64,000 nt of DNA from an uncultured Phycisphaerales bacterium. GTDB lineage: Bacteria > Planctomycetota > Phycisphaerae > Tepidisphaerales > Tepidisphaeraceae. The stretch spans positions 4,256,001 through 4,320,000 of the forward strand of contig CAVWVQ010000003.1 of NCBI GenBank assembly GCA_963758525.1. The letters are read 5' to 3'. The translations under genes and the position numbers were made by a program. This document shows positions 54,723 through 64,000 of this stretch, one piece after another. The notes under the pieces are model-generated. The model searched no databases. It was not told the DNA's origin and was given only the letters and a program-made list of their open reading frames with translations. The stretch's first letter is position 1; every line of letters begins with the position of its first letter.

Positions 54723-57386
54723 TCAATACTCATTTCCCTTTCCCACCGTCCCCCCTCTTTTCTCAAAAACACCCCCGACGGTGGGAACCGTGGAGGCTAC
54801 TTTTTCATAACGGAGGGGCCTCAATTTATCATCAGCCATGTGAGTATGAACCCGCGAAATGCCCTGGGGGGCGAATTTCTCAAACCACTTCGCCGGCTCC
54901 CCATGATCGACTTTCTTACGATTGCGGCGGTGCTCAAAGTCTTTGTTATCCATCATCGGGAAGTGGGTGTTATTGTATCGCGCCTCATGCTCAGCGGCGG
55001 GGACATCATCTCCTCGGCGCAGGTGCCGTAGATTCTCATAGCCATTGCTATTTTGGATGATCTGGTACTTTCCCACCTTGAGAAGTCCCCCCTTTGAGTA
55101 CGTCATTGACTCGGGAAACACGTCGGACCCGTCGAGGATACGATCTAAGAGAGTGTAAGAGGGATGCGTTTTCCTATCCCGGTTCGTTTTCCCTTCCTTG
55201 CCCCGCAGGGCATACACTGGCCCCTCTGTTGATATATTCAGGGCGTAGTCTGATTTCGACCAATAGGCAGCGCTCGCGAATGAGTTCCTTGCTTTATGTT
55301 CCAATTGAAACTCCAGCTTCAACCCATAGGGTTTCCAGAAATCATCAACGTGCATCATCGCCAATTCATCGACATTGGACGGTGGGTTGAGGCAGTCACC
55401 CTCATCCCACGCCTGCCCCCTCATGCCCGTGTAGCCTCGTTGTTGATTCTTCGCATCCCTCCATTCCCATTGCCGGCTCAGGATGTCCAAGCCCGGCTTT
55501 TTTCCCCGCCAATAGCACACTTTGCCCGGAGTGTAGATGCCGCCATCGGTGATACATTGACGGAGTCCAAGCGCCTTGGCCAGCATCCATACCCCAACTC
55601 GGGCCTTGGCGGTTATCACATTGCCCATGATGGAATTGCCAACGGAGAAATAGCGGGAAGCAAAGTCACCGTAGAGCGTATTCACGATCAGCTTCAACAT
55701 CGAATCCAGCCCGGCATACCGCACTCGTTCATCCTCAGAGACCGTCTTATCCTTTCCACGGTGCTTGTACTCCCGGCGACGATCTACCAATCGACCGATG
55801 AACCCTTCCAGCGGCACCCCGTACCATGCTCGCGAGCGACTGTCCCACGAATCTCCATTCTTTCGCGTCCCATATGAACCGTTGTGCCTCAGAACATCCT
55901 CGGACCACTCTTTCACACCCGCACGCCGATCGGACTTGAGATAGGCTGCGGCGGTCACAATCTCAAGGTTTTTAATCCCCGCCCATTCGGAATTGGAGCA
56001 TACTGCTCTCAATACTTTGAGAACGTCGGACGTGATGACGCCGTTCTCTATCTGCTTTCGAAGCATTACAAAATCACTGTTCACGTCGGATTCATCGTCA
56101 ACGGCAACGTTGCGGATGATGTCGCCAACCTTGGCCAGTTTGGAAAAGATCAAGTCTTGCTGATACTCCAACAGGCCCGATACGGTCGCACACCAGAAGC
56201 CGTCAATCAATTCATCCTGAAAACGGTCGAGCCACTTTCCGAAAGTTATCGGTTCATCATTCGGCGATCTGCTGAATGAATACGGTAGTCCTACCGGATA
56301 GATCAAGCCCCGCAGACTGGAACCATAGCATCCGGCAATATCAACATCCAAGCCTGGCCCCGCCCTGTATTCAAATGGGTTCTCATTCAAGCATCGCCCA
56401 CCTTGAACAAGTGCGTTGTAAACGCGCGACTCTGTAGACGGGCGTGATCTCCACCAGCGTATACCTGAGCCGTCAAGAGCGGTGAACATGAATCGTGCGT
56501 CGTCCATGAACCAGTTGAAGTCTTCGCCAACGTCACTGAGCGATTCCATCGTCTTGTACCTCTTTGTGGCACTGATGAAGGCCCATTGATCCTTCTTGTG
56601 TGCGCGCGCGTCGGGGTCGAGTATGCCCAGTTTGCGCACGCAGAACTTCATGGCCACTTCATCCGGTCCAGCCTGTGAGTAAAGCCATCGCTCGAAAGTC
56701 TTGGCCACCAACGATCCCACGGTCATCGGGATGTCATCTTCGGTCCACACTGTCTCGCCCATTCCAAGGCATTCACGTTGAACCGTATTGAAGAGAGAGA
56801 TAAATTCACGATGAACCTGGAGGAGCACGCGGGCATCGTCAATCGCGTATCTCAGCCATTCCTCGGGGGATTCCATCAGCCCAGTCCACATACAGGATTT
56901 GTATTTGTCCATGCTGCTCTTGTTCACCATTGGAATGCCAAGGGCTTCGGCGAATTTCACCAGTTTCGTTTTTCCGGCCCATCCAACGATGTCCTTCAAG
57001 TGAACACAATCGACGTTCCCGGAAAGATTGTTTCGTTGGCGGATGTCGCCGGCCTCGATAGCGGCTTTCCATCTCTCCCATCCGATGGCATATTCAACGT
57101 CTTTCGGTGTGAAGAACATTAGTAGACGGCACGGCCCTTCCCAATAGCGACCCAGCAGATTCGTAGTGTCATCGCGACTAGTATAGATGAGAGTGGCATC
57201 ATTTTCGTGTGCGGTCATGTTCAGGCGTGCCCGTATATATTCTGGAACATCATCCCGCATGAATACGGTGGTGCCATGTTCTGCGGATGCGAACGCCGTG
57301 CTTATCCATGGATCGGATAAGGATGTATCCCATTCGCTATCGGTGGCGATAAACGGCCCCTTCGATTTCCTCTTCTTCTTTACCAT
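54723..57386 (-). CDS. polB: Family B DNA polymerase, piPolB-like
   Basis: Exo DSEW / LKD / YAIDDA; QGGR; motif A DVDIAGCYG; motif B RR..K..LKLIVNTLYG; ITAKAR; motif C CITDG; LEHK; ALRG. Confidence 0.85.
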   Translation of the reverse strand: MVKKKRKSKGPFIATDSEWDTSLSDPWISTAFASAEHGTTVFMRDDVPEYIRARLNMTAHENDATLIYTSRDDTTNLLGRYWEGPCRLLMFFTPKDVEYAIGWERWKAAIEAGDIRQRNNLSGNVDCVHLKDIVGWAGKTKLVKFAEALGIPMVNKSSMDKYKSCMWTGLMESPEEWLRYAIDDARVLLQVHREFISLFNTVQRECLGMGETVWTEDDIPMTVGSLVAKTFERWLYSQAGPDEVAMKFCVRKLGILDPDARAHKKDQWAFISATKRYKTMESLSDVGEDFNWFMDDARFMFTALDGSGIRWWRSRPSTESRVYNALVQGGRCLNENPFEYRAGPGLDVDIAGCYGSSLRGLIYPVGLPYSFSRSPNDEPITFGKWLDRFQDELIDGFWCATVSGLLEYQQDLIFSKLAKVGDIIRNVAVDDESDVNSDFVMLRKQIENGVITSDVLKVLRAVCSNSEWAGIKNLEIVTAAAYLKSDRRAGVKEWSEDVLRHNGSYGTRKNGDSWDSRSRAWYGVPLEGFIGRLVDRRREYKHRGKDKTVSEDERVRYAGLDSMLKLIVNTLYGDFASRYFSVGNSIMGNVITAKARVGVWMLAKALGLRQCITDGGIYTPGKVCYWRGKKPGLDILSRQWEWRDAKNQQRGYTGMRGQAWDEGDCLNPPSNVDELAMMHVDDFWKPYGLKLEFQLEHKARNSFASAAYWSKSDYALNISTEGPVYALRGKEGKTNRDRKTHPSYTLLDRILDGSDVFPESMTYSKGGLLKVGKYQIIQNSNGYENLRHLRRGDDVPAAEHEARYNNTHFPMMDNKDFEHRRNRKKVDHGEPAKWFEKFAPQGISRVHTHMADDKLRPLRYEKVASTVPTVGGVFEKRGGTVGKGNEY

Positions 57387-57676
57387 AACGAATCCCCCTG
57401 GTACTTTGCACAATAGAAAAACCCAGCGGGTAGACCGTTGGGTTCTTCAATAGCTGGGATTCGTTCGGCGATGTGCCTATGTATTATTATCGTCCAATAG
57501 AGAATCTTCCTGTACGTCCCAGCTATGGTTCGTCAACGGGTCGTCCCGATAATATGTAATCGTCACTTTATGAAAACGTCAATAGCAATGTCATAAAGAT
57601 TAACGTTGTCAAGACATAGTTTCAGTATGCCGCCATGAAAGGCAAAACCCCGCTGGAGGTCGCGGGGGGTGTGGGG

Positions 57677-58042
57677 TCATTTTGTTATTATGTTTTCGGG
57701 GGCGTCCGACTGCTCGGGGAAAAACCTGGTTAGTTGCCGCGCCGACTTTAGAAAAGCTTCCTCGTTGTCGTAAGCGTTGCAAAGGAATATGTATTCAGCG
57801 GGCGGATTGGCTACTAACTTGAATCCGTTGTTTTGCAAAAGCAGCCGGATATGGGGGTTGTCCGCCTTTACCAGCAGAGAGACCATCCAGTACAAGGTCG
57901 GCTTATTGGCGTAGACCGGAAAGGTTATGCGGTATTTCCTTTGTTCGGTCAGCGCATCCGCAGACATTTCAAGCAACTGCTCCAAAAATGCTGGCTCGAT
58001 ACGAGAAGCCAGCCCGTTAAGTATGCGTTCGACAGTTTTCAT
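57677..58042 (-). CDS. Hypothetical protein
   Basis: 121 aa ORF between int and polB on the same strand. Confidence 0.5.
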   Translation of the reverse strand: MKTVERILNGLASRIEPAFLEQLLEMSADALTEQRKYRITFPVYANKPTLYWMVSLLVKADNPHIRLLLQNNGFKLVANPPAEYIFLCNAYDNEEAFLKSARQLTRFFPEQSDAPENIITK

Positions 58043-58146
58043 AAACTGTGTGCAGGGGTATTTTGGTCAGTGAGAACCGATTCCCCTATACGTGCGACTC
58101 AAGGGCAGGGAAACCACTTACCGCCTTCCCTCCTGTTGGTGCAACG

Positions 58147-58180
58147 AAAAGGCACGTATGCCATTTTGGCATACGTGCCT
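58147..58180 (-). terminator. Perfect 14-bp hairpin downstream of integrase
   Basis: aggcacgtatgcca-ttt-tggcatacgtgcct with a short T-tract on the minus strand. Confidence 0.65.
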
Positions 58181-58207
58181 ATATGGAGTGATGATCTGGC
58201 CAGCGGA

Positions 58208-59581
58208 TCACGCGGCGCTGCTCGTGGCGGCGGTGGCGGCGCTCGGGAAGTAATGACGATGCACGGCGTCACAAGCGGGGCGGACGATCTCGGGGTTTCT
58301 CAGAACGTAGTGGTCCTGCATCCCGCAAGCGTGCCCGGCAAGAATCTTCGGAAGTCGGGCGTCGGTGGTCCCCTGGCAAGCGGCGGTGTACGCTCCATCG
58401 CGCAGGTGACTGAATGAAACTTCAGGGCATCCTGCGGCCTTGGCCAGCTCGTGGAAACTCGCGGCCCTGGTGGTGGCGGAAGCGTAGCGTGTGCCATTCC
58501 TGCTGGCGAAAAGGTACTTCTCGTTGGGGCGCAGGGCACGGATGGCGGTGGTGGTCTCGGGCCATAACGTCGCGGCCCTGGGGATACGCTTGCGCTCCGT
58601 CTTCGCTCGGATCATCGCCAGTGCGCCGGCCTCAAGGTTCACGGTTTTGCGGGGCAACGGGCACAGCTCGCCCAGCGTCATGGCGGTATTCAAGCCGAAA
58701 AGAATCCACGCCCGCCACTCTGCTGATGCCACGCTCAGAATCCTGTGAAGGTTTTCTCGGCTGATAGGTTTCGGATCGACGGCGGGGGCGGCCTGTTCGG
58801 TCCAGAGAAGTTTCAAGCGGTCCAGCGTCGTGGTTATCTCCGTGGCGTTACTGGTGGGGTCTTTCTTCCCGAACGAAATCACGGCTTTGATCTTGGAGTA
58901 CATGAAAATCTTCGTGCCCGCGCTGGTGTATTTCGGATCGGACTCGACGGCGGTTCTGTAGGTATGAATCACTTCGTTAGTGAGGTCCGCCAACGTCTTC
59001 GCGCCCGTCATCGCGATGAAGCCGCTGAACACCCGCGTCGCTGCCGATTTATCTTTCGACGGGTTGGCGGTCTGATAGAATTTCAGGATCGCGGCCAGCT
59101 TGATCGACGGGCCGGCGGGGGCGAAATCCTTGTAGCGGGCAATCTCGGGTAGTCCAGTCATCCTGGCGACGTACTCGGGGCGTGTCAGAAGCATTTCGCG
59201 GACGTGATGCCACAAGGTCCACTCGTCCACCCGCTGGCCTACTTGAACCGGGCGCTCCTCGTTGGGTTGGATCGTAATCTCTTGCAGCGCGGTTCCAGCC
59301 TGCACGGCTTGGGTGAAGTCGTCGATTGCGCGGAGGGTGGGGGCGTATCCGTTAGCCTCGGCAACGGGGCGTCTGATGGTGATGATGTTCCCGGTGGGGG
59401 CGTGGTCCCGTTCCCATTCACGGAAGCGGTTCACGGCACGGCGTTCATCGGTCTCCGAGAATCGGAAGCCAGTGGCCACGATGCGCCAGCGGCCATCGTG
59501 TGACTGTTTGGCGAGTCCTGGTATGATTTCGCCCCATGTTGTCTGATACGGTTTCTGCTTGCGTCCGGTCTTCATGTTCAT
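58208..59581 (-). CDS. int: Tyrosine recombinase/integrase
   Basis: LNTAM.LGEL, RAKT, FSHLR, LAGH, DHY in tyrosine-recombinase order; adjacent to att. Confidence 0.85.
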   Translation of the reverse strand: MNMKTGRKQKPYQTTWGEIIPGLAKQSHDGRWRIVATGFRFSETDERRAVNRFREWERDHAPTGNIITIRRPVAEANGYAPTLRAIDDFTQAVQAGTALQEITIQPNEERPVQVGQRVDEWTLWHHVREMLLTRPEYVARMTGLPEIARYKDFAPAGPSIKLAAILKFYQTANPSKDKSAATRVFSGFIAMTGAKTLADLTNEVIHTYRTAVESDPKYTSAGTKIFMYSKIKAVISFGKKDPTSNATEITTTLDRLKLLWTEQAAPAVDPKPISRENLHRILSVASAEWRAWILFGLNTAMTLGELCPLPRKTVNLEAGALAMIRAKTERKRIPRAATLWPETTTAIRALRPNEKYLFASRNGTRYASATTRAASFHELAKAAGCPEVSFSHLRDGAYTAACQGTTDARLPKILAGHACGMQDHYVLRNPEIVRPACDAVHRHYFPSAATAATSSAA

Positions 59582-59727
59582 GCCTCGGCGGTAAGCGGGT
59601 CAACGGATCGGCCTTACACGCGGGGCATTATCAGGGCACTTCGGTTTTTGCTGGTTTTGCTTGGCAAAAACCTTGGCAAAAACTCAAAAACACCGTTCAT
59701 AAGTCGTTATTTGACAAGGGGCGCAAT

Positions 59728-59825
59728 AAAAAAGCCGCTCTGGGCAAGAGCGGCTTCGAATGGGGCTGTTGAAGAGTTCTTCGGGTTGTGGGAGGAAAAA
59801 CTCTTCACATCGGGGGGAAGAATGG
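59728..59825 (-). ncRNA. Putative small RNA (integration target)
   Basis: TACAAT -10 at 59836-59831, hairpin gaagagtt/aactcttc, terminator aagccgctct/agagcggctt plus U-tract; no convincing ORF. Confidence 0.4.
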
Positions 59826-60168
59826 GCAAATTGTAAAAGTGTCCAAATACCTGCTTCGAAGCAGTCAGTCGGACGAGAAACTATTCAACAACGCTTGTGC
59901 CATCATTGTGCCTGAGGCTTCGATCTGCGGTGGCACCGGATATAAAAACTTACCGCCCAATTATTTATGTGAATTCGCATCGCAGCTAAGATTCTGTCAC
60001 CCCCAGCAAGTGCCACAAACCGCCACGACACGATGGCTGGAATGTCGCAGTGAAACGCGACAGCGTCGTTCGGCGGGCCCATGTTTAGCGGCGACAGCGT
60101 GATAACTGGTCGGACGAGCCGCGATCTGCTATGTTTTTCGGTAGTCCTCCCACTCATTCCACGCTGAG

Positions 60169-61086
60169 GTGATCGTGCGCGTACTTGTGACCGGCGGAGC
60201 GGGGTTTGTCGGCTCTAACATTGCCAAGCGGTGCGTCGCCGACGGATACGCGGTGACTGTTCTCGATGACTTTTCGTCCGGTGAATGGCGGAACCTCATT
60301 GAGTTCCAGGGGGATGTCCTGACCCTCGATCTGGCTGGGAATGTCGGCGCGCTCGCCTCGGCCCAGCCGTTCCAATTGATCTTTCATCAGGCGTCGATCA
60401 CCGACACCACGGTGATGGATCAGCGCAGGATGATGCACAACAATTTGGAAGGGTTTCGCCAACTCCTTGACCTGGCGGTGAAATGGCAGAGCCGCGTCGT
60501 CTGGGCGAGCAGCGCAGCCACCTATGGCAGGGGGGCATCGCCCAACCGGGAGTCGCAGCCGCCCGCTCCGCTGAATGTCTACGGCTTCTCGAAGTTGGCA
60601 ATGGAGCGCTTGTCGCAGCACTACGAGACACGGCTCAAGCACCCGATCGTTGGCCTGCGGTACTTCAACGTGTATGGGGCCGGCGAAGCCCACAAGGGCA
60701 AATTCGCGAGCATGATCCATCAACTGGCCAAGCAGATGCGCGCTGGCAAGCGGCCGAGAATTTTCACCGATGGGGAGCAGAAGCGAGACTTCGTGTACAT
60801 CGACGATGTCATCCACGCCAACCTCGCCGCCGCACAAACCAATGATAGCGGCATCTACAACATCGGGAGCGGCGCGGCCGCGAGTTTCAATGAGGTAGTG
60901 AAGGAATTGAATCGCGTGTTGAACACTGACTTGCCGCCGGAATACTTTCCCAATCCATACGACTTCTTTCAAACCTGGACGGAAGCCGAGCTGAGCCACG
61001 CACGCGAAGGGCTTTGTTACGATCCGAAGTTCGACCTCACAAAGGGGATCGATGCGTACCATGCATCCGGAGCGCTGGGGATCTAA
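60169..61086 (+). CDS. hldD: ADP-L-glycero-D-manno-heptose 6-epimerase
   Basis: TGGAGFVGSN, ASSAATYG, PLNVYGFSK, GLRYFNVYG..E.HKG..ASM, RDFVYIDDV. Confidence 0.85.
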   Translation: MIVRVLVTGGAGFVGSNIAKRCVADGYAVTVLDDFSSGEWRNLIEFQGDVLTLDLAGNVGALASAQPFQLIFHQASITDTTVMDQRRMMHNNLEGFRQLLDLAVKWQSRVVWASSAATYGRGASPNRESQPPAPLNVYGFSKLAMERLSQHYETRLKHPIVGLRYFNVYGAGEAHKGKFASMIHQLAKQMRAGKRPRIFTDGEQKRDFVYIDDVIHANLAAAQTNDSGIYNIGSGAAASFNEVVKELNRVLNTDLPPEYFPNPYDFFQTWTEAELSHAREGLCYDPKFDLTKGIDAYHASGALGI

Positions 61087-61234
61087 GGCGATGAAGACGG
61101 GGTCTTCATTGGCAGCACGAAAAGTGGGGCCCCGGAAAAGCAGCACACCCACGTCGGCATCGTGCCGGTGAAAATCAGCGCCCGCTCTAAAGCGGTGTCT
61201 GCAACGCACGTTTCACAATTTACACTTCACCAGC

Positions 61235-61263
61235 TTGAGTTAGGATGATGTTAGGAATATCCT
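61235..61263 (+). promoter_or_regulatory. Promoter with candidate LexA box
   Basis: TTGAGT-17bp-TATCCT overlapped by GTTAGGatgatGTTAGG. Confidence 0.65.
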
Positions 61264-61272
61264 TCGGACGTC

Positions 61273-62525
61273 ATGGGTCTATCCCTCAAGCTCGCAATTT
61301 TGGCCGACGCGGCGAAATACGACGCGTCATGTGCGAGCAGCGGGTCGCTTCGTGCCAACCCCGGGCGAGGCATTGGCAACACCGAGAAAATCGGCATCTG
61401 CCATAGTTATACGCCCGACGGAAGATGCGTTTCGCTGCTGAAGATCCTGCTGACCAACTATTGCATTTACGATTGCCGATATTGCATCAATCGCGCCTCC
61501 AGCGACACGCCACGAGCGCGCTTCACGCCGGAGGAAGTGGTCCGGCTCACTCTCGAATTCTACCGTCGCAACTATATCGAGGGGTTGTTCCTCAGCTCGG
61601 GCATCATCCAATCGCCCGACTACACGATGGAGCAACTGGTGCGCGTCGCACAACTCCTCCGGGAGGTGCACGAGTTTTTCGGCTACATCCACCTGAAGGC
61701 CGTGCCGGGTGCGTCGCCGGCATTGCTCGCGCAGGCGGGGAAATACGCCGATCGACTCAGCACCAACGTCGAGTTGCCCACGGATGCTGATCTGGCCAGG
61801 CTCGCGCCGGAGAAGAAGCCGATCGAAATTCAGTCGGCCATGGCACAGATTCGGGATGGTGTTGCCGCATCGAAGGAGGAGCGGGCAAGTGACAGCCGCG
61901 CGCCCGGGTTCGCGCCGGCGGGCCAGAGCACGCAACTGATTGTGGGCGCTACGCCGAGCACCGATGCCACCATTCTTGCGACCGCCTCGCAGCTCTATCG
62001 TCGTCAGCAGTTGCGGCGGGTTTATTACTCTGCGTACAGCCCGATTCCGCGATCGGACGACCGACTGCCTGCGCAGTCTCCCCCGCTGCGCGCGAGCATC
62101 GCCTTTATCAGGCCGATTGGCTCATTCGCTTCTACGGCTTTTCGAGCTCCGAGTTAACGACGGCTGGCGAGCCGAACCTCGACTTGTCGATCGATCCGAA
62201 GCTCGCCTGGGCGCTGCGGCATCGCGAGTTTTTCCCGCTCGACATCAACAAAGCCTCCCGCTCCGCGCTCCAACGCATTCCCGGGCTGGGCGTGCGGAAC
62301 GTCGAGCGTATCTTGAGCTCCCGACGATTCCGCGCTGTGCGGCTGGGGGATTTGCAGCGCCTCGGCGTCTCCCTGAAGAAGCTACGGCCGTTTGTGCTTT
62401 GCGCCGATCACAACCCGGATGCGGCGATGATCGATCGCATCGATTTGCGCAATCGCGTTACGTCGGCACATCAGCAGTTGGAGCTGTTTCAGACACGCGT
62501 CGCTGTTACGAGTGGTGAGTTATGA
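61273..62525 (+). CDS. Putative DNA modification/repair radical SAM protein with HhH (frameshift near 62090)
   Basis: KLAILADAAKYDASC, GICHSYTPDGRC, CIYDCRYC, GQSTQ, DPKLAWAL, RIPGLG. Confidence 0.9.
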
Positions 62526-64000
62526 CAGCAATCGTCACCGCATGTTTTGTTCATGATTTTGAGGATTGGCGTGCTGAAGCGCGTCGGCTGCTCGCCGAGG
62601 GGATTAGGCCGGACGATGTGTTATGGAGCGAAGAGGCCGAGAATTTGTTTGGGACGAAAGTGACGCTTCGAGAAGCCGGCGGCAACGCTCAATTGGGGAC
62701 GAGCGCCAGGCCGCAACTGGAATTCCCGACTTACGACGCGGTGAAGAAACGCGCGCTGCGCGCCCGTTTCTTCTCGATTTCACGTTCCGCCTCAGTTTGT
62801 GAAAATTGCCCGCTCCGTCGTTTATTTCAGGGCTGCCTCGGCAGCCCGCACGTTGTACCGTGTCCTCTGGCGGCTCACGCACGGCGAGCCCGAACTGCTA
62901 AAGCTGGCGATCGATGACGACGTTCACACGCTGTTGCAAATGGAGAAAGCCGTTCGCCGCGACGAACACAAGATGCACGCGTTCGTGCGTTTCCGCCGGG
63001 TGGAATCCGAAGGCGGCGAGGAATATGTCGCCTGGCATCGGCCGGACCATCCGATCGTGGCGCTCGCGGCCCCGTTTTTCGTACGCCGTTTCGGAGCGAT
63101 GCGCTGGACAATCCTCACCCCCGATGCCAGCGCACGATGGGACACCGCTTCGCTGGAGTTCGGTCCAGGCGCGCCACGATCCGCGGCGCCGGCTGATGAT
63201 GAGCTTGAAGACCTTTGGCGCACGTATTACGGGGCCATCTTCAACCCGGCTCGCATCAAGCTTCGAGCGATGCGGAAAGAGATGCCCGTTCGGCACTGGG
63301 CGACTCTGCCGGAAACGCGGATGATCGATCGTCTTTTGCAGGAAGCGCCGGCGCGCATGGAGGAGATGATGAAACGGCAAGCCGACTGTCCGACTGCCGA
63401 GTCAGCGGCGGAATTTCTTCCGAAACGGATTGAATTGCCGCTGCTCGCCAAAGCGGCGAAAACCTGCAAGGGCTGTTCGCTTTACTGTCATGCGACTCAG
63501 ACCGTTTTCGGCGAGGGACCCGCCGACGCGCTCGTTATTTTCGTTGGCGAGCAGCCGGGCGATCAGGAGGATCTGGCCGGCAAACCTTTCGTCGGCCCTG
63601 CGGGGCGATTGCTGGATGAAGTTATGGTCGAAGCCGGCATCGATCGATCACAGGTCTATGTCACCAATGCCGTGAAGCATTTCAAATTTGAAGAGCGCGG
63701 CAAACGTCGAATCCATTCCAAACCCTCGGCACGCGAAGTTGCCGCCTGCAAACCGTGGCTCGAGGCGGAAATCGCCGCGATTCAGCCGAAGCTGATGGTC
63801 TGTTTGGCGCAACCGCCGCGCAGGCGCTGCTCGGCCCCGCATTTCGCGTGACGCGCGATCGTGGAAAATTAATTCCCTTTGAGAACGGCGCGTCGGTCAT
63901 CGCCACGGTTCACCCTTCGTCGCTGTTGCGAATTCCCGACCCCGAAGGTCGCGCGGAGGCCCGCGCAGTTTGCCGACGACCTGCGCGTGGTTGCGAAGCG
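62522..64000 (+). CDS. udgX: DUF4130-UdgX family uracil-DNA-binding fusion (frameshifts; runs off the window)
   Basis: HKMHAFVRF, LWRTYY..FNPAR, CKGC, GEQPGDQED, TNAVKHFKF..GKRRIH, TVHPSSLL. Confidence 0.88.

Larger units (their letters stand above)
48928..59749. mobile_element. Integrative element encoding PolB and tyrosine integrase (pipolin-like)
   Basis: Identical 22-bp AAAAAAGCCGCTCTGGGCAAGA at 48928-48949 and 59728-59749; integrase next to the right end; visibly lower GC. Confidence 0.88.

Noticed and set aside
48928..59749. Prophage
   Set aside because: No recognisable capsid, terminase, tail or lysis genes inside the att-bounded region.
59728..59900. tRNA or tmRNA at the att site
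   Set aside because: No cloverleaf, T-loop GTTCRA in the right context, or CCA end could be identified by eye.
805..64000. Numerous long overlapping antisense or alternate-frame ORFs in the track
   Set aside because: They are Arg/Pro/Ala-rich shadows expected in high-GC DNA, lying opposite well-supported genes.

Overview
GC-rich chromosomal window, most likely from a planctomycete. This is inferred from the DUF1501 and PSD1/DUF1549-DUF1553 genes, a LEPRxLL-type motif and the style of the intergenic repeats. Host genes: a flavin-dependent halogenase-like gene, the DUF1501/PSD1 pair, moxR, an ECF sigma with a probable anti-sigma, RNase P RNA, lexA, argJ, a ParA-CBM48 fusion with a partner gene, a flagellar block (flgFGAHIJNKL-fliW-csrA-fliC plus a second flagellin 10 kb later), hldD and a radical-SAM/UdgX repair operon. 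About ten single-base frameshifts in otherwise intact genes look like sequencing or assembly indels. Main observations: (1) a 10.8-kb integrative element (48928-59749) bounded by an exact 22-bp direct repeat and encoding a tyrosine integrase and a piPolB-like family B DNA polymerase. It sits in the terminator of a putative small RNA rather than in a tRNA. (2) A candidate direct-repeat SOS box, GTWHGG-N5-GTTWG, at lexA, the rSAM-udgX operon and one small ORF. (3) An RNase P RNA whose P12 helix carries a genomic heptamer-repeat element. (4) RAYT-type HUH transposase cassettes with non-palindromic inverted ends, plus matching arrays of end-like repeats that share a fixed 5' end. (5) A ParA ATPase fused to a glycogen-binding-type domain. 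All calls come from reading motifs by eye; no database searches were run.
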